Positions 36,843 to 47,700 of a DNA stretch of 64,000 bases are shown here, one piece after another. The stretch is from an uncultured Bdellovibrionales bacterium (GTDB taxonomy: Bacteria; Patescibacteriota; Minisyncoccia; Moranbacterales; UBA1568). Location of the stretch: positions 2,621 to 66,620 of the forward strand of contig CAZCNN010000001.1 of assembly GCA_964500505.1 (NCBI GenBank), given 5' to 3'. How positions within the stretch are numbered: the stretch's first letter is position 1; the number at the start of each line of letters is the position of its first letter. The translations under genes were made by a program, and so were the position numbers. Below the pieces are notes generated by a model. It searched no databases. It saw only the letters and a program-made list of their open reading frames with translations, and was not told where the DNA came from.

Positions 36843-37979
36843 ATGGATTACATTGTTCGTGATAACAGTGTTTTGACAGGTAAAAAAAACCTTGAACCGC
36901 TTTACGTGTTTAGGGACTTTCCTGTCTTTATGGGGTGCACGGACCAAATGGATCAGACTACTGATATCAAAGCGGATATGAGTTTTGCTATCTGCCGAGA
37001 TACAGGAATTATTCATCTTGATAAACTCTTGCCGCTCGATCTCGTCTATCAAAGCCAGCATAATGACGGCATAGGCAAGATATGGCAAGATCACTACCTT
37101 GCATTTTCGAAGTTTTTGGAAACATTTTCTCCTAGGAAAATACTGGAGATCGGTGGTGCAAATGATTTTATTGCAAATGATTTTTTATCAAGAAATAGCG
37201 ATGCCAGATGGATTGTCGTGGAGCCACACCCTCTTTTCGATGGTAATGAAAAAATTCAGATAATAAAAAAGTGGTTCGATGCCTCATTTTCTTTGGATGA
37301 GAAGGTAGATACAGTCGTTCATTCGCATGTGCTGGAGCATACGTATGCACCGGTAGAGTTCATCGAGCATGTCGCTAGGTTTCTAAATAATGGGGAACGC
37401 CATATTTTTACCTTTCCGAATATGACCGAGATGCTTTCAAAAAAATACACAAACTGCCTGAATTTCGAACACACGGCTTTCTTAGCAGAGCCCTTTGTTG
37501 ATACGTTACTTGAGCGCAGCGGATTTCGGATTCTTAAAAAGGAGTATTTTCAGGATCATAGTATTTTTTATGCTACGGAACGTGTTGCCGATTCAGATAG
37601 ATCAAAAAAAGAATTACCGAATAAGTACGAGGAATATAAGAAACTATTTACAGACTTTATTCAGTATCATGAGGATTTGGTTGCTAGTCTCAATCAGAAA
37701 ATTCACGATTTCGATGGAGAGGTCTATATATTTGGTGCCCATATTTTTTCGCAGTACCTACTTGAGTTCGGGTTGGATCAGAGTCGAATCAAATGCATAC
37801 TGGACAATTCACAGCTGAAAAATAAAAAACGTCTCTACGGAACAGGGCTTATTGTGGAAAACCCGGAAGTCATACGAGGTGTCGAAAAAGCCTGTGTTAT
37901 ACTGAAAATCGGTTCTTATAGAGAGGAAGTGATGAAGCAATTGAAAGAGCTGAATGCGAATGTCACAATACTAGAATAG
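36843..37979 (+). CDS. Class I SAM-dependent methyltransferase with C-terminal C-methyltransferase-type domain
   Basis: A central EIGGANDF methyltransferase motif is present. The C-terminus has a Methyltransf_14-like nucleotide-binding fold (VYIFGAHIFSQYLLEFGLD...ILDNSQLKNKKRLYGTGLIV). Confidence 0.55.
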   Translation: MDYIVRDNSVLTGKKNLEPLYVFRDFPVFMGCTDQMDQTTDIKADMSFAICRDTGIIHLDKLLPLDLVYQSQHNDGIGKIWQDHYLAFSKFLETFSPRKILEIGGANDFIANDFLSRNSDARWIVVEPHPLFDGNEKIQIIKKWFDASFSLDEKVDTVVHSHVLEHTYAPVEFIEHVARFLNNGERHIFTFPNMTEMLSKKYTNCLNFEHTAFLAEPFVDTLLERSGFRILKKEYFQDHSIFYATERVADSDRSKKELPNKYEEYKKLFTDFIQYHEDLVASLNQKIHDFDGEVYIFGAHIFSQYLLEFGLDQSRIKCILDNSQLKNKKRLYGTGLIVENPEVIRGVEKACVILKIGSYREEVMKQLKELNANVTILE

Positions 37980-38004
37980 CGAAGTTATTTCCAAATCTTT
38001 CATC

Positions 38005-39282
38005 ATGCGACTCGTTTTAGTGAATCCACATACTCAAAATTTCGGGAAAAGCGTATCCGGAGTCCTGCTTAGGAGAAAAGATTTTATGAAGTATGATTAT
38101 TTCATCGAGTTCTTTATACGGGACAAAAAAAAGGATGTTGCTTTTTTGATAGATGGTACGAGAACTTCATTCAGCGGTGTTGGTCTCGCGGCTATTTTTT
38201 CATGGAAGCTTTTTTCATGGTTGGAGCTAGTAATTTGGATGTTAATAAATAAAATAAACCCGTTTGATATTGAGGTATATTTTGATGTTACAGGACTTGA
38301 TCCAAAGAATGACGTCCTATTCGAGTTTTCCCGATCGATTGTGGACATTGATAGTCAAGAAAAGCTCCAACTCAATAGATTTGAAGGGTTAAAAATTGTT
38401 CATTTCACGCACTATTTTAAAGACGTCAAAAAACTTGCTCAATACCTTAAAAAGGCTCAGAATTATATTGTTGTTGCCGAAAATAACCTCACCAAAAATG
38501 TTTTTTTTAAGAAATACTTTAGTTTTATAAATAATGTCTATTTATTGCCTTTTGCATATGGAAAACGGTTTGTTGTGGAGAAAGACTTTAATTTGCGGAT
38601 GAACAAATGTCTCGCTCTCGGATCCATCACACGCGTAAAGAATAAAGAATTCTTGGATCATTTTGGCGATCAAGAAGGTTTACACCCAATGAGAAAATTG
38701 ATATATTCTGATCCTAAAAAGTATGTAAATGAAATTGATTGTTTGATTCGCGGGTTTAATGACACGATGACTGTTAGGGATCTCCAGTCAGTCGATTCTT
38801 TTCTTGCGAGGATGATGAAGAGATTTCTTCCATTTTTTCTATTAGAGAAATTCTTTCCAACACCGCAGATATCGTATTTTAAATTTGATATTGTTGCGAA
38901 ATTTAATGACTATCGGATGTTTTTATGTTCCGAAGAATCGGTAGGTTTGCCCTCCATAAATGTATTTGAAGGGATGGCAACAGGGTGTGTTTATGTTGGC
39001 ATTGATGATCCAATGTACATGGCGTTAGGCATGCAGCCAGGAGTACATTATATTGGGTATCAAGAAAATAATATTGACGATCTCCTGCAAAAAATTCAAT
39101 TTTATCAAAATAACCCTGTTTTACTTCAAGACATAGCTCGAGCAGGCTGTGCTTTTGTTCAAGAAACTTTTTCTAGAAAAACCGTTGCTGATGTTTTTTG
39201 GTGCGATCTCATAAAAATCTCACAGAACTTTTCCAAAATCAAGTCGACTGATTTTGTATGTTCATTTGAGAGGAAGTACTGA
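38005..39282 (+). CDS. Glycosyltransferase-like protein (GT-B C-terminal motif)
   Basis: The C-terminal EESVGLPSINVFEGMATGCVYV motif resembles GT1/GT4. The N-terminal half is unassigned. Confidence 0.45.
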   Translation: MRLVLVNPHTQNFGKSVSGVLLRRKDFMKYDYFIEFFIRDKKKDVAFLIDGTRTSFSGVGLAAIFSWKLFSWLELVIWMLINKINPFDIEVYFDVTGLDPKNDVLFEFSRSIVDIDSQEKLQLNRFEGLKIVHFTHYFKDVKKLAQYLKKAQNYIVVAENNLTKNVFFKKYFSFINNVYLLPFAYGKRFVVEKDFNLRMNKCLALGSITRVKNKEFLDHFGDQEGLHPMRKLIYSDPKKYVNEIDCLIRGFNDTMTVRDLQSVDSFLARMMKRFLPFFLLEKFFPTPQISYFKFDIVAKFNDYRMFLCSEESVGLPSINVFEGMATGCVYVGIDDPMYMALGMQPGVHYIGYQENNIDDLLQKIQFYQNNPVLLQDIARAGCAFVQETFSRKTVADVFWCDLIKISQNFSKIKSTDFVCSFERKY

Positions 39283-39286
39283 TTGT

Positions 39287-40558
39287 ATGATTGCTGGAAA
39301 AAACAGAACTGAACACTTTTTCGACTGGATGAATAAAAAAACCGGTCTAGATTTCCGATATTTTCTTTTAAATGGGAACTGGGTCTCGCTAAGATTTTTA
39401 GTCGTGAGTTTAACTGGATTTACGCTATCATTTTTCTTTACAAATTTTGGTTCAAAAGAATTATTGGGGCAATATCAACTTGCACTTTCAATATTGGCAA
39501 TCGTCTCCTTGGTTTCTTTCCTTGGACTTAATTCATCCGCTATGGAAGGGGTTGTGCAGGGGAGGGACGCCAGTGTGTTTAGGGCAGCGAGACTTATTTT
39601 TTGCTTTAGTTTGATAGGTAGTCCTATCTTGATAGCACTTGGACTGTATTATACTTTTATTCTTGAGCAGTCTGTATTCGGTAGTATGTTGATGTTTTCA
39701 GCATTTCTTTTTCCTTTTTTTTACGCAACTAGTTCTTGGAATATTTTTTATGAAGGAAAGCAACTATTTAAAGAGTCGGCCTTGAGAATTATTACCTTGA
39801 ATCTCATACTGACAGGCGCTCTGGTCGTCGCAATATTATTGGATTTAAATGCATTCTGGCTTTTAGGGATTTACCTCGGCGTCAGTATTATTTTACAGGC
39901 AAAATTTCTTCTTACCATTTTTCGAGATCTGCGTGATCGTACACATGATTATATTGATACGAAGTTTGGTATAGCTGTCTCATTTCAAAAATTCGTTTCG
40001 GGACTTTCAAGTAACTTGCCGCCGTTAGTAATTTCCTTTTTCTTTGGAATAGAAATTCTTGCGATTTATTACATTGCTTATTTTGTAGTAAGTGCTTTCT
40101 CGTCATTTCTTAACAATATATTTTCACTATATTTACCTATTCTTTTTAAAAAGGTTGCATTGAACCATCGAAGTATTCTGTTGAATAGCGTCATCACTGG
40201 CGTCTTAGGCTGGCTTGCTTTTATTATCTTTTTGAAATTCTTTTTTATTCGAATATATGGAGATGGATATCAGGACAGTTTAAGATTAGCTTACGCAATC
40301 TCATTTTTGTTGTTACTTATACCCTTACATACATACCTTGTCGGATTTTTTTCAACAAGAAGAAAAAACAGATTTCTTATTTCTATTTTTATACTAGCAA
40401 ATTGTATCGGAGTTCTGGAAATCTATTTTATGAACCATCTCGGTTTTTTTTGGAGTATAATAACATACCTTTATACTCTGGAAATTATCACAACGCTCCC
40501 TCTCTTGGGATACTATGTATACCAAATAACGAGCACCTCTAAGAGAGTTAGCCCTTAG
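39287..40558 (+). CDS. Wzx-type oligosaccharide flippase (MOP superfamily)
   Basis: About 12 TMs and a polysaccharide-biosynthesis-protein-like topology are predicted. The ATG lies 4 bp after the upstream stop. The upstream TTG in the ORF track is rejected. Confidence 0.6.
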   Translation: MIAGKNRTEHFFDWMNKKTGLDFRYFLLNGNWVSLRFLVVSLTGFTLSFFFTNFGSKELLGQYQLALSILAIVSLVSFLGLNSSAMEGVVQGRDASVFRAARLIFCFSLIGSPILIALGLYYTFILEQSVFGSMLMFSAFLFPFFYATSSWNIFYEGKQLFKESALRIITLNLILTGALVVAILLDLNAFWLLGIYLGVSIILQAKFLLTIFRDLRDRTHDYIDTKFGIAVSFQKFVSGLSSNLPPLVISFFFGIEILAIYYIAYFVVSAFSSFLNNIFSLYLPILFKKVALNHRSILLNSVITGVLGWLAFIIFLKFFFIRIYGDGYQDSLRLAYAISFLLLLIPLHTYLVGFFSTRRKNRFLISIFILANCIGVLEIYFMNHLGFFWSIITYLYTLEIITTLPLLGYYVYQITSTSKRVSP

Positions 40559-41762
40559 TCTGCAATGATTCCAAGAAGATAGCTTCTATCTTTTCTGATA
40601 CAACATCAGGATGAAATTTTTTATTGTAGAGATCGAGAGAATTTTGTGAATATCGGCTTAATAGTTCAGGATTACAAAGAATTTTTTCTATTGATACTAT
40701 GATAAAATTCTCTATAACAGCGAGATTGCCGGACTCCTGCAGTGTGAAAAGTTTTTTGTAGAAATCTGTGGGGTTATGATATTGTCCGAACATTTGATAT
40801 GTTTTAGAGTCGTAGTCCTTTAGTGGATTAGGATAGAGAAAGCCATTGAACTCTTCAATCGCCATTTCTCCTGTGGCATATTGATCGGTAACGATGAGGG
40901 GCATTCCATATGAGAGGGCCTCAACTAGTACAAGACCAAAGCCTTCTCGATAGGTCGGGAGAAGAAGTATATCATGCGTACTGTACATTTCCGTCATTTG
41001 ATTCTCGTTGAGTCTTGCATCCTGGAGTACAATACCTTCTATGGATTGAATATGCTGCAGATCTTTCTCACGTAGCATATGGAGAGCAGTGATTATTGTC
41101 AGAGTGATATTTGGATGTGACTGTTTGAGTTTTTCATATGCTTTAACCACTTCCATTCCTCCCTTCATATAAAATGTACCCGGAAAAAGTAGCTTTAACG
41201 TGCCGTTAAAAGTTTTTGGAGATATATTTTTTGGATTCTCGAGCGGAAGAGGATAAACTACTACGCTTTTGTTCATTAGTATATCCTGTGTTTTTTTTCC
41301 ATAGTTTACCGAGGAAAAAAAGCTTTTTCTTGAGGCTTCACTTACAAATATAAGTTTTTTGCAATTTGAGCGGGTAGCAAGTATTGTCACGATGCATCGC
41401 GCTATGGGATTCTTGGCTATCTTAAGATCATAGTTATAGAGGGCAATTCCAGTCTCTATGTATGTGCAGTAAGGCTTGTTTGTAAGTACAAGACAGCCAT
41501 ATGTAAACAAGATATCCCCCCGTTTTCTTAAGTACGGACGAACATTTGGAATTCCAAAGATGCGACGGAAACGACTTTTCCAGTTTGTTTTTGTCCGCAG
41601 GACTTCCTTTTCAAAATTAGGAAGCTTGTGATAACTACCTCCTATCATTGGAGGATTGGCGATATTACAAAACGTGAAACGCTTCAGATGCTTCCCGAAA
41701 TTTAAAACAAATTTTCGAAGAAAAGGCTGGAAAAGTATCACTTCGAATTTTTGTTGTTCCAT
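40548..41762 (-). CDS. GT4-family glycosyltransferase
   Basis: The REGFGLVLVEALSYGMPLIVTD motif is present. Confidence 0.75.
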   Translation of the reverse strand: MEQQKFEVILFQPFLRKFVLNFGKHLKRFTFCNIANPPMIGGSYHKLPNFEKEVLRTKTNWKSRFRRIFGIPNVRPYLRKRGDILFTYGCLVLTNKPYCTYIETGIALYNYDLKIAKNPIARCIVTILATRSNCKKLIFVSEASRKSFFSSVNYGKKTQDILMNKSVVVYPLPLENPKNISPKTFNGTLKLLFPGTFYMKGGMEVVKAYEKLKQSHPNITLTIITALHMLREKDLQHIQSIEGIVLQDARLNENQMTEMYSTHDILLLPTYREGFGLVLVEALSYGMPLIVTDQYATGEMAIEEFNGFLYPNPLKDYDSKTYQMFGQYHNPTDFYKKLFTLQESGNLAVIENFIIVSIEKILCNPELLSRYSQNSLDLYNKKFHPDVVSEKIEAIFLESLQTKG

Positions 41763-41777
41763 AGTAGTATTGTGAGA

Positions 41778-42761
41778 TTAAATAAAGAACTCTTTATATT
41801 TACTAATCATCATTTTTGTATCGAAATCGAATTTCGCTATCTGGTATGCTTGGGAGCTTAATTGATTCAATCTTCCTGTTGCCTGAGATATTTTATGTGA
41901 AAAATCTGCGTAGCATCTCAGATCAAAGGGATAAAGATTATTGAAAGGATCATGATCAATCATTTTCACATAATACCCAGTTTCACCGTTTTGTAGTAAT
42001 TCTGAGATGCTTCCACGATTGAAGGCTACGACGGGCAACCCAGCGGCCATCGCCTCTATAACACTGTTGGGACAGGCAGACTGATCGGAAAAAAGGAAGA
42101 TATCGTATTGATGGAGTATCTGCAAGAGCGCCTCATTCGACTTTTTTCCTCGGAATAGCATATGATCCGGGAGATTTTCAAAGAGATCCTTGAGATTTTC
42201 AGTATACGACCCATAGATATCGAGGGTAAACTTCTTAGAATCAAGGAGTTTGACCGATTCAATAATAGGCTCAATCTGATCGCGTCTGCGGAATTTGGCG
42301 AAGGTGAGTAGTTTGGTTGGCACACCATCTGAGTGAGAGGTTGCTTTTTTTGGTATTTTTTCTGTATCAACACCGTTATATATGATAGTCGTTTTTGCTG
42401 CTCTTGTTTTTCCGAGGAATTTTTCGCAAGAAAGCTTGCTGAACTTGCTCTGATATATCACAACATCGGCGAGATAATTATGTATGATTTGCATTTTAAG
42501 ATTGTAGAGGGGGTACCATTTTCCGGCTGGGGTAGCGGGGTGGTAGACACCATCAAGGCGCTGGACTATTTTTTTTCTTAAAATTTTTGTGATGATAGGA
42601 TACCAGAGTGAGCAATCGGCGATAATGAAGAGTGTATCAAAATCAGAGGAGAGAGAGTTTGAGATGCTGATCCCGTTTTCTTGAGCTGCATCGGAAAATT
42701 TCTTGGCAAAAGTTGCCGTTCCGCCGATGTCTCTCATTTCAAATGGAAGAAATATTTTCAT
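41778..42761 (-). CDS. GT4-family glycosyltransferase
   Basis: A GT-B fold is evident and the AMAAGLPVVAFNRGSISELL motif is present. Confidence 0.65.
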   Translation of the reverse strand: MKIFLPFEMRDIGGTATFAKKFSDAAQENGISISNSLSSDFDTLFIIADCSLWYPIITKILRKKIVQRLDGVYHPATPAGKWYPLYNLKMQIIHNYLADVVIYQSKFSKLSCEKFLGKTRAAKTTIIYNGVDTEKIPKKATSHSDGVPTKLLTFAKFRRRDQIEPIIESVKLLDSKKFTLDIYGSYTENLKDLFENLPDHMLFRGKKSNEALLQILHQYDIFLFSDQSACPNSVIEAMAAGLPVVAFNRGSISELLQNGETGYYVKMIDHDPFNNLYPFDLRCYADFSHKISQATGRLNQLSSQAYQIAKFDFDTKMMISKYKEFFI

Positions 42762-42764
42762 AGG

Positions 42765-43556
42765 TTAAAGAATTCTTCTTTTCAGAGTACGTAACCATTC
42801 TGGGGCAACAGCGACGAGGAAAGGCTCAATGATGAATCTATACTTGGAAAATGGTTGTTTATAGAGTCCGAGATATCTCAGCTGCGTTTTGACACACTGT
42901 AACATCTGTGTACGTTGATTTTTACCGCTCGATGTCAATGTCCCCTCGGTATTGCGGGAGCAAAGGAACTCTGGAAGGTTAGCAAAGGATGTTCTCGGAA
43001 GTAGTCGTAGCCAGAGATCATAATCCTGGCCGTAACGTGTAGATTCATCATAACATCCGACATCTTTGATGAGTTGTGTGCGAAAAACGACACAGCTGTG
43101 AGCAAAAGGATTGCGTTTGAATATGGTCGTCCGAATGTCGCGGTCGGTCACTGGTGGCATATTTTTCTGCTCGCCTTTTGAGGAGATATTCTTATACCAA
43201 GTCCCAACAATGCCGTATTTATGGTATTTTTCGAGGTAGGAAATTTGCTTTGCAAGTTTAGTGATATCCCAAGTATCATCAGCATCTATTCTGGCAGTGT
43301 ATGACTCCGTAATGAGAGCAAGCCCCTTGTTGAGTGATTTTGTCAGGCCAATATTTTCCTTGTTTTCAAGAATAAGAAACCGCTCATCCCCAAAGAGCGT
43401 CTGCCATTTCTTCAGAAGCGTTCGTGTTGCATCTTGGGAGTAATCATTAATGGCAATAATCCGGAAATCTTGAAATGTCTGAGTTCGAAGACTCTCAAAT
43501 GTTTTATCGAGAGTCTTTTCGGCATTATACAATGATATAAGGACGGCGCATTTCAT
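42765..43556 (-). CDS. GT2-family glycosyltransferase
   Basis: VLISLYNAEKTL and RIDADD (DxD) motifs are present. Confidence 0.75.
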   Translation of the reverse strand: MKCAVLISLYNAEKTLDKTFESLRTQTFQDFRIIAINDYSQDATRTLLKKWQTLFGDERFLILENKENIGLTKSLNKGLALITESYTARIDADDTWDITKLAKQISYLEKYHKYGIVGTWYKNISSKGEQKNMPPVTDRDIRTTIFKRNPFAHSCVVFRTQLIKDVGCYDESTRYGQDYDLWLRLLPRTSFANLPEFLCSRNTEGTLTSSGKNQRTQMLQCVKTQLRYLGLYKQPFSKYRFIIEPFLVAVAPEWLRTLKRRIL

Positions 43557-44656
43557 AACGTGTCGAGTATTCTCTGGAATGAATTGGTTGCTCTATCAAG
43601 CGAAAAAGTATCACGGATAGTCTGCTTCGCCATTGTGGATAGTGCCCTCCTTGTTTCTTGATTATGGCGGAGTTCTTGAATTTTTTGTGACAAGACAGCC
43701 GATGCTTGTGTTGGTACGAGGATACCACTTACGTTGTGTTCTATCAAATCTCTATTTTCTGGAATGTCTGTAGTAATAACGGGAATTCCTGAGGCCATGG
43801 CTTCGAGAAGGGCATTGGACTGACCCTCGAAGAGGGTTGGAAGAACGAAGAGGTCTGAGATTTTGAGAAGTTCCGGTATATCAGTTCGATGGCCAAGAAA
43901 AGTGATATTGTCTTGTGAGTCGTAGTTCCGCAGTTGAGATTTCAGGTTGTCACGCTCCACACCGTCACCAACAATGAGTAGATGGACGTTGGGAAGTTTC
44001 TTGTGGGTATCTTCAAAAGCTTCGAGGAGATACCGATGGCCTTTATTGATATGGAGATTGGCGACACAGATAATAGTAAAATCATCTGGGGCAATACCAA
44101 CGGATTTTCTCAATTCCGGATCTGGGGTAATGGAGTCAAAGTATGTGATGTCGATACCATTGGGAATGACAGTAATTTTCTTTGTATCTACACCGAGGTG
44201 AGTGACGTAGAAATTTTTGACGGCTTCAGAATTGGCGAGATACCGCTTGACGAGAGGTTTGGTGAGCCATTCCAGGATGCGAGCAATCAGATATTTGGGA
44301 TGATTGTACGTAGTTCTGAGGAAGGGAATAATGGGAGCGGCTGTTGCATTGTGAAGTGCCAGTCGGCCAATCATGTCGGCATGAAAGAGATAAGTGAGAA
44401 TAATACCTGGTTGCTCTGTTTGAATAAAGCGTCTGAGTCGAGAGAGGCCCGAGATATCAAGGAAACTAGAGATGTGGAGCGTCTCAATTATGATGCCAGC
44501 AGACACAAACTTTGGTGCGAGTTCACCCGGTTCTTTCAGTGTGACGATTTTGTGTTCAAAATCACCCAAAAGTGGCAGTGTCCGAAGAAGCATATTTTCA
44601 CATCCGCCACTATCGAGTGATTGGATAATGTGAAGTATTTTTTTCTTTTTGGACAT
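43553..44656 (-). CDS. GT4-family glycosyltransferase
   Basis: A GT-B fold is evident and FEGQSNALLEAMASGIPVITTD is present. The start is taken at MSKKKK. Confidence 0.7.
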   Translation of the reverse strand: MSKKKKILHIIQSLDSGGCENMLLRTLPLLGDFEHKIVTLKEPGELAPKFVSAGIIIETLHISSFLDISGLSRLRRFIQTEQPGIILTYLFHADMIGRLALHNATAAPIIPFLRTTYNHPKYLIARILEWLTKPLVKRYLANSEAVKNFYVTHLGVDTKKITVIPNGIDITYFDSITPDPELRKSVGIAPDDFTIICVANLHINKGHRYLLEAFEDTHKKLPNVHLLIVGDGVERDNLKSQLRNYDSQDNITFLGHRTDIPELLKISDLFVLPTLFEGQSNALLEAMASGIPVITTDIPENRDLIEHNVSGILVPTQASAVLSQKIQELRHNQETRRALSTMAKQTIRDTFSLDRATNSFQRILDTL

Positions 44657-44664
44657 AACGAAGC

Positions 44665-45753
44665 TTAGTATGTACCGATACAAGTAATTCCAGCCTCACG
44701 ATGTTCGTAAGCACGGATACTTTGCAATTTCGCGACGGCAAACCATTGTTCGATTTCCTCTTTGTAGTAGTAGTTGCTCTTGGGGGTGGCCAGGACGTCG
44801 AAGGCGTCATTGAGCTTCATATTGAATGGGAAGTTGGCGTAATAGGCGAAAGGAAGCTTTTTGGCATAATATTTGAGCCCAACCATTTCGAGAAACTTTC
44901 CAAAGAGGTTGATGAGATGAACAATGCCACCAGGAATATAGCACAGCTTGAAGAGCAGGGGTTTGGAGAGGTGACGGAAGACGGAGCGGATCGGCTCATA
45001 GAAGTAGAGTGCTCGGGCGTTGTTACGACGGTTGTAGACCCAGATAAGCATCTGGCCTCCTCGCTTCAAGACTTTGGGTAGCGCAGTAAAACCGTTTTGT
45101 GGCTCAGGGAGATGATGGAGAACACCGATGGAATAGGCGATATCAAAAATATTTTGAAATGGCATGGCATAGATATCTGCCTGAACGATACATACATTGG
45201 GAAGGGTATAGGTCATTTGATACGCGACCTCGACACTTTCTCCGAGATCGGAACCGAAAGATACTTTGGTTCCAGAGAGAGCGGCCCATTTGGTGAATCG
45301 ACCAGACCCGCAGCCGATATCAAGTGTTGTTTGACCGGCGAGACTTTCTTCTTTGAGAAATGGCGCAAGAAAATGAAAAAAGTTATTTTTTTCGTAGGTG
45401 TTCTCCTTGTAGATGTACTTCCATTCGTAAGCGAAGCTTTCGGCAGTTTTCTTCTGATGTTTGAGGAAGGCATCGAGATCAGAAATGGCGTCGATAGCTT
45501 GCTGCCATTCACTTCGAACATGTTCGGGCATCTCTCCTTTGTACTTTTCGAAAAATGCGTAGCGAGATTGCAGTGTCTGTACCTTGAGTTCTCCTAAAAG
45601 AATGCGAGGAATGCTGTTCACGATGGGGTACCAGTTTGTACCGCTTATGAGCAAGCCCGATATGACATGTCCGTCGGCTTCTTTGAATTTGAGAATTTGA
45701 AATGGGGCGGCGGTCGTTGGGTCTGAGAGGTACGGGAGATGTGCTTCACGCAT
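44665..45753 (-). CDS. Class I SAM-dependent methyltransferase with N-terminal extra domain
   Basis: The LDIGCGSGRF motif I is present. Confidence 0.65.
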   Translation of the reverse strand: MREAHLPYLSDPTTAAPFQILKFKEADGHVISGLLISGTNWYPIVNSIPRILLGELKVQTLQSRYAFFEKYKGEMPEHVRSEWQQAIDAISDLDAFLKHQKKTAESFAYEWKYIYKENTYEKNNFFHFLAPFLKEESLAGQTTLDIGCGSGRFTKWAALSGTKVSFGSDLGESVEVAYQMTYTLPNVCIVQADIYAMPFQNIFDIAYSIGVLHHLPEPQNGFTALPKVLKRGGQMLIWVYNRRNNARALYFYEPIRSVFRHLSKPLLFKLCYIPGGIVHLINLFGKFLEMVGLKYYAKKLPFAYYANFPFNMKLNDAFDVLATPKSNYYYKEEIEQWFAVAKLQSIRAYEHREAGITCIGTY

Positions 45754-45807
45754 AGCTTTGTCTTACGGCTTATCGGAGATTAACAGTTGCTTATCTCAGC
45801 CATTTTA

Positions 45808-47700
45808 TCATTCTTTGAAGAATTCTTCAAACCAGAGTTCGAGGGTGAGGAGTGCCCAGATATGAGGAGAAAAGTTGATGTCCGTGGAGGTGTGAGAGTG
45901 GAGAATATCCTCTATAGCATCACGTTTGAAAAGGTTCCGCTTCACGAGTTGGCCATCCAAGAGTTTCCCCGCGGCATAGTCTTTGAGTTCGCCCCGAAAC
46001 CAAGCGTCAATAGGGACGCCAAACCCCATCTTGGGTCGGAACATGACTTCATCAGGGAGGATGCCACGGAGAGCCTCCTTGAGGATGTACTTTTTGTTAT
46101 TCAGACCTTTGAGCTTGAGAGAGAAAGGGATTTGAGCCGAAAGTTCGAGGAGTTCATGGTCGAGAAATGGAGAGCGTCCTTCGAGAGCTACTGACATAGT
46201 AGCAATATCGACTTTTGTCAGTAGATCTTCGGGGAGATAGGTAGCAAAATCAGCGTATACCGCTTGTTCTGTTCGATTGTTTGATCCTGATTCCAGGAAG
46301 CGAGAGGCGATGATGTCGTAGGTATCATGACCCGCTATTTTTTTCTTGAACGTATCGGTATAAAGATTGTCTTTCTGCTCATTGGTGAAATAGGCTGTGT
46401 AGGAGAGATAGCGACGTCGATAGTCGTCCGAGAGACTCTGTGAAAACCGGTAGAGACGATCAAAAAAAGTATTTTTGATATATCGAGCCAAGAGTCGGGT
46501 GGCTGGTATGCCTACGAGGTGGTTGAGCCAGTCGAAGTGATCGAGTACTGTAGAAACCTGAAAGGCTGAATAGCGGGTGTAGCCAGCGAAGTTTTCGTCA
46601 CCACCATCACCATTGAGAGCCACAGTCACATGATCTCTTGTGAGCTTGGAGACATAATACGTGGGGAGGGCACTTGAGTCAGCAAAGGGCTCTTCATACT
46701 GACGAACAAGCATGGGGAGGAGCTCGACAGCATCGGGTTTGACGATGAATTCAGTGTGATTGGTTTTGAATTTTTCTGCGATGATTTTGGCGTACTTGAG
46801 CTCATTGTATTTTTCTTCCTCGAAGCCAATAGAGAAGGTTTTAATAGGGGATTTCGAATGTTTGGCCATCAAAGCCACGATGGCGCTCGAATCAATACCT
46901 CCAGAAAGAAACGCACCGATTGGAACATCGGAAATCATGCGGAGTCTGACAGATTCGTCGAGTTTATCGAGAATACACTTCTTCCACTCTGATTCAGAAA
47001 GGCGGACCTTTTTTGAATAATCGAGTTTCCAATAGCGTTCTTTTTTGACGGACTTGGTCTTGAGGTCGATAGTGAGAGAGTGGGCAGGCTCGAGTTTCTT
47101 GATACCTACGAACCCGGTGAGGGGTGCTGGAACGTACTGGAGAGTCAAATAATGATGAATAGCGAGATAATCGGGCTCTTTGTGGTATTCCGGCTGAGTC
47201 AGGATAGCCTTGAGCTCTGAGGCGAATAGAAAGACGTTGTCGTCGTGGTAGTACTTGAAAGGCTTTTTCCCGACACGATCACGGGCACAGAAAAGTATTT
47301 GCTCTTGTTCGTCATAGATAGCAAAGGCAAACATGCCACGGAGATGATCGAGGCAATGTTCTCGGTATTTGTCGTAGAGTGCTAGGATGACCTCGGTATC
47401 GGAGTGCGAATTAAATGTATAGCCCTCCTGCTCGAGCATGGTTCGTTTCTCCTCAAAATTGTAGATTTCACCGTTGAATACAATCTCGTACCGGTCCAAA
47501 TAACGCATAGGCTGATGACCGAGAGGGGAGAGGTCGATGATAGAGAGGCGCCGGTGACCCAGGCCAACTTTGCTATCAGGCGAGATATAGACTCCGTCGT
47601 CATCGGGACCACGGTGTTTGATAGCAACATTCATCGTCTCAATTTCTTGAGGCGAGATACTTTTTTCCGAGAAAGAAATCTTTCCTGCGATACCACACAT
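45808..47700 (-). CDS. Asparagine synthase (glutamine-hydrolysing) family amidotransferase, AsnB/WbpS-like
   Basis: The N-terminal MCGIAG nucleophile is present, together with the SGGIDSS PP-loop. The start is taken at MCGIAG. Confidence 0.8.
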   Translation of the reverse strand: MCGIAGKISFSEKSISPQEIETMNVAIKHRGPDDDGVYISPDSKVGLGHRRLSIIDLSPLGHQPMRYLDRYEIVFNGEIYNFEEKRTMLEQEGYTFNSHSDTEVILALYDKYREHCLDHLRGMFAFAIYDEQEQILFCARDRVGKKPFKYYHDDNVFLFASELKAILTQPEYHKEPDYLAIHHYLTLQYVPAPLTGFVGIKKLEPAHSLTIDLKTKSVKKERYWKLDYSKKVRLSESEWKKCILDKLDESVRLRMISDVPIGAFLSGGIDSSAIVALMAKHSKSPIKTFSIGFEEEKYNELKYAKIIAEKFKTNHTEFIVKPDAVELLPMLVRQYEEPFADSSALPTYYVSKLTRDHVTVALNGDGGDENFAGYTRYSAFQVSTVLDHFDWLNHLVGIPATRLLARYIKNTFFDRLYRFSQSLSDDYRRRYLSYTAYFTNEQKDNLYTDTFKKKIAGHDTYDIIASRFLESGSNNRTEQAVYADFATYLPEDLLTKVDIATMSVALEGRSPFLDHELLELSAQIPFSLKLKGLNNKKYILKEALRGILPDEVMFRPKMGFGVPIDAWFRGELKDYAAGKLLDGQLVKRNLFKRDAIEDILHSHTSTDINFSPHIWALLTLELWFEEFFKE

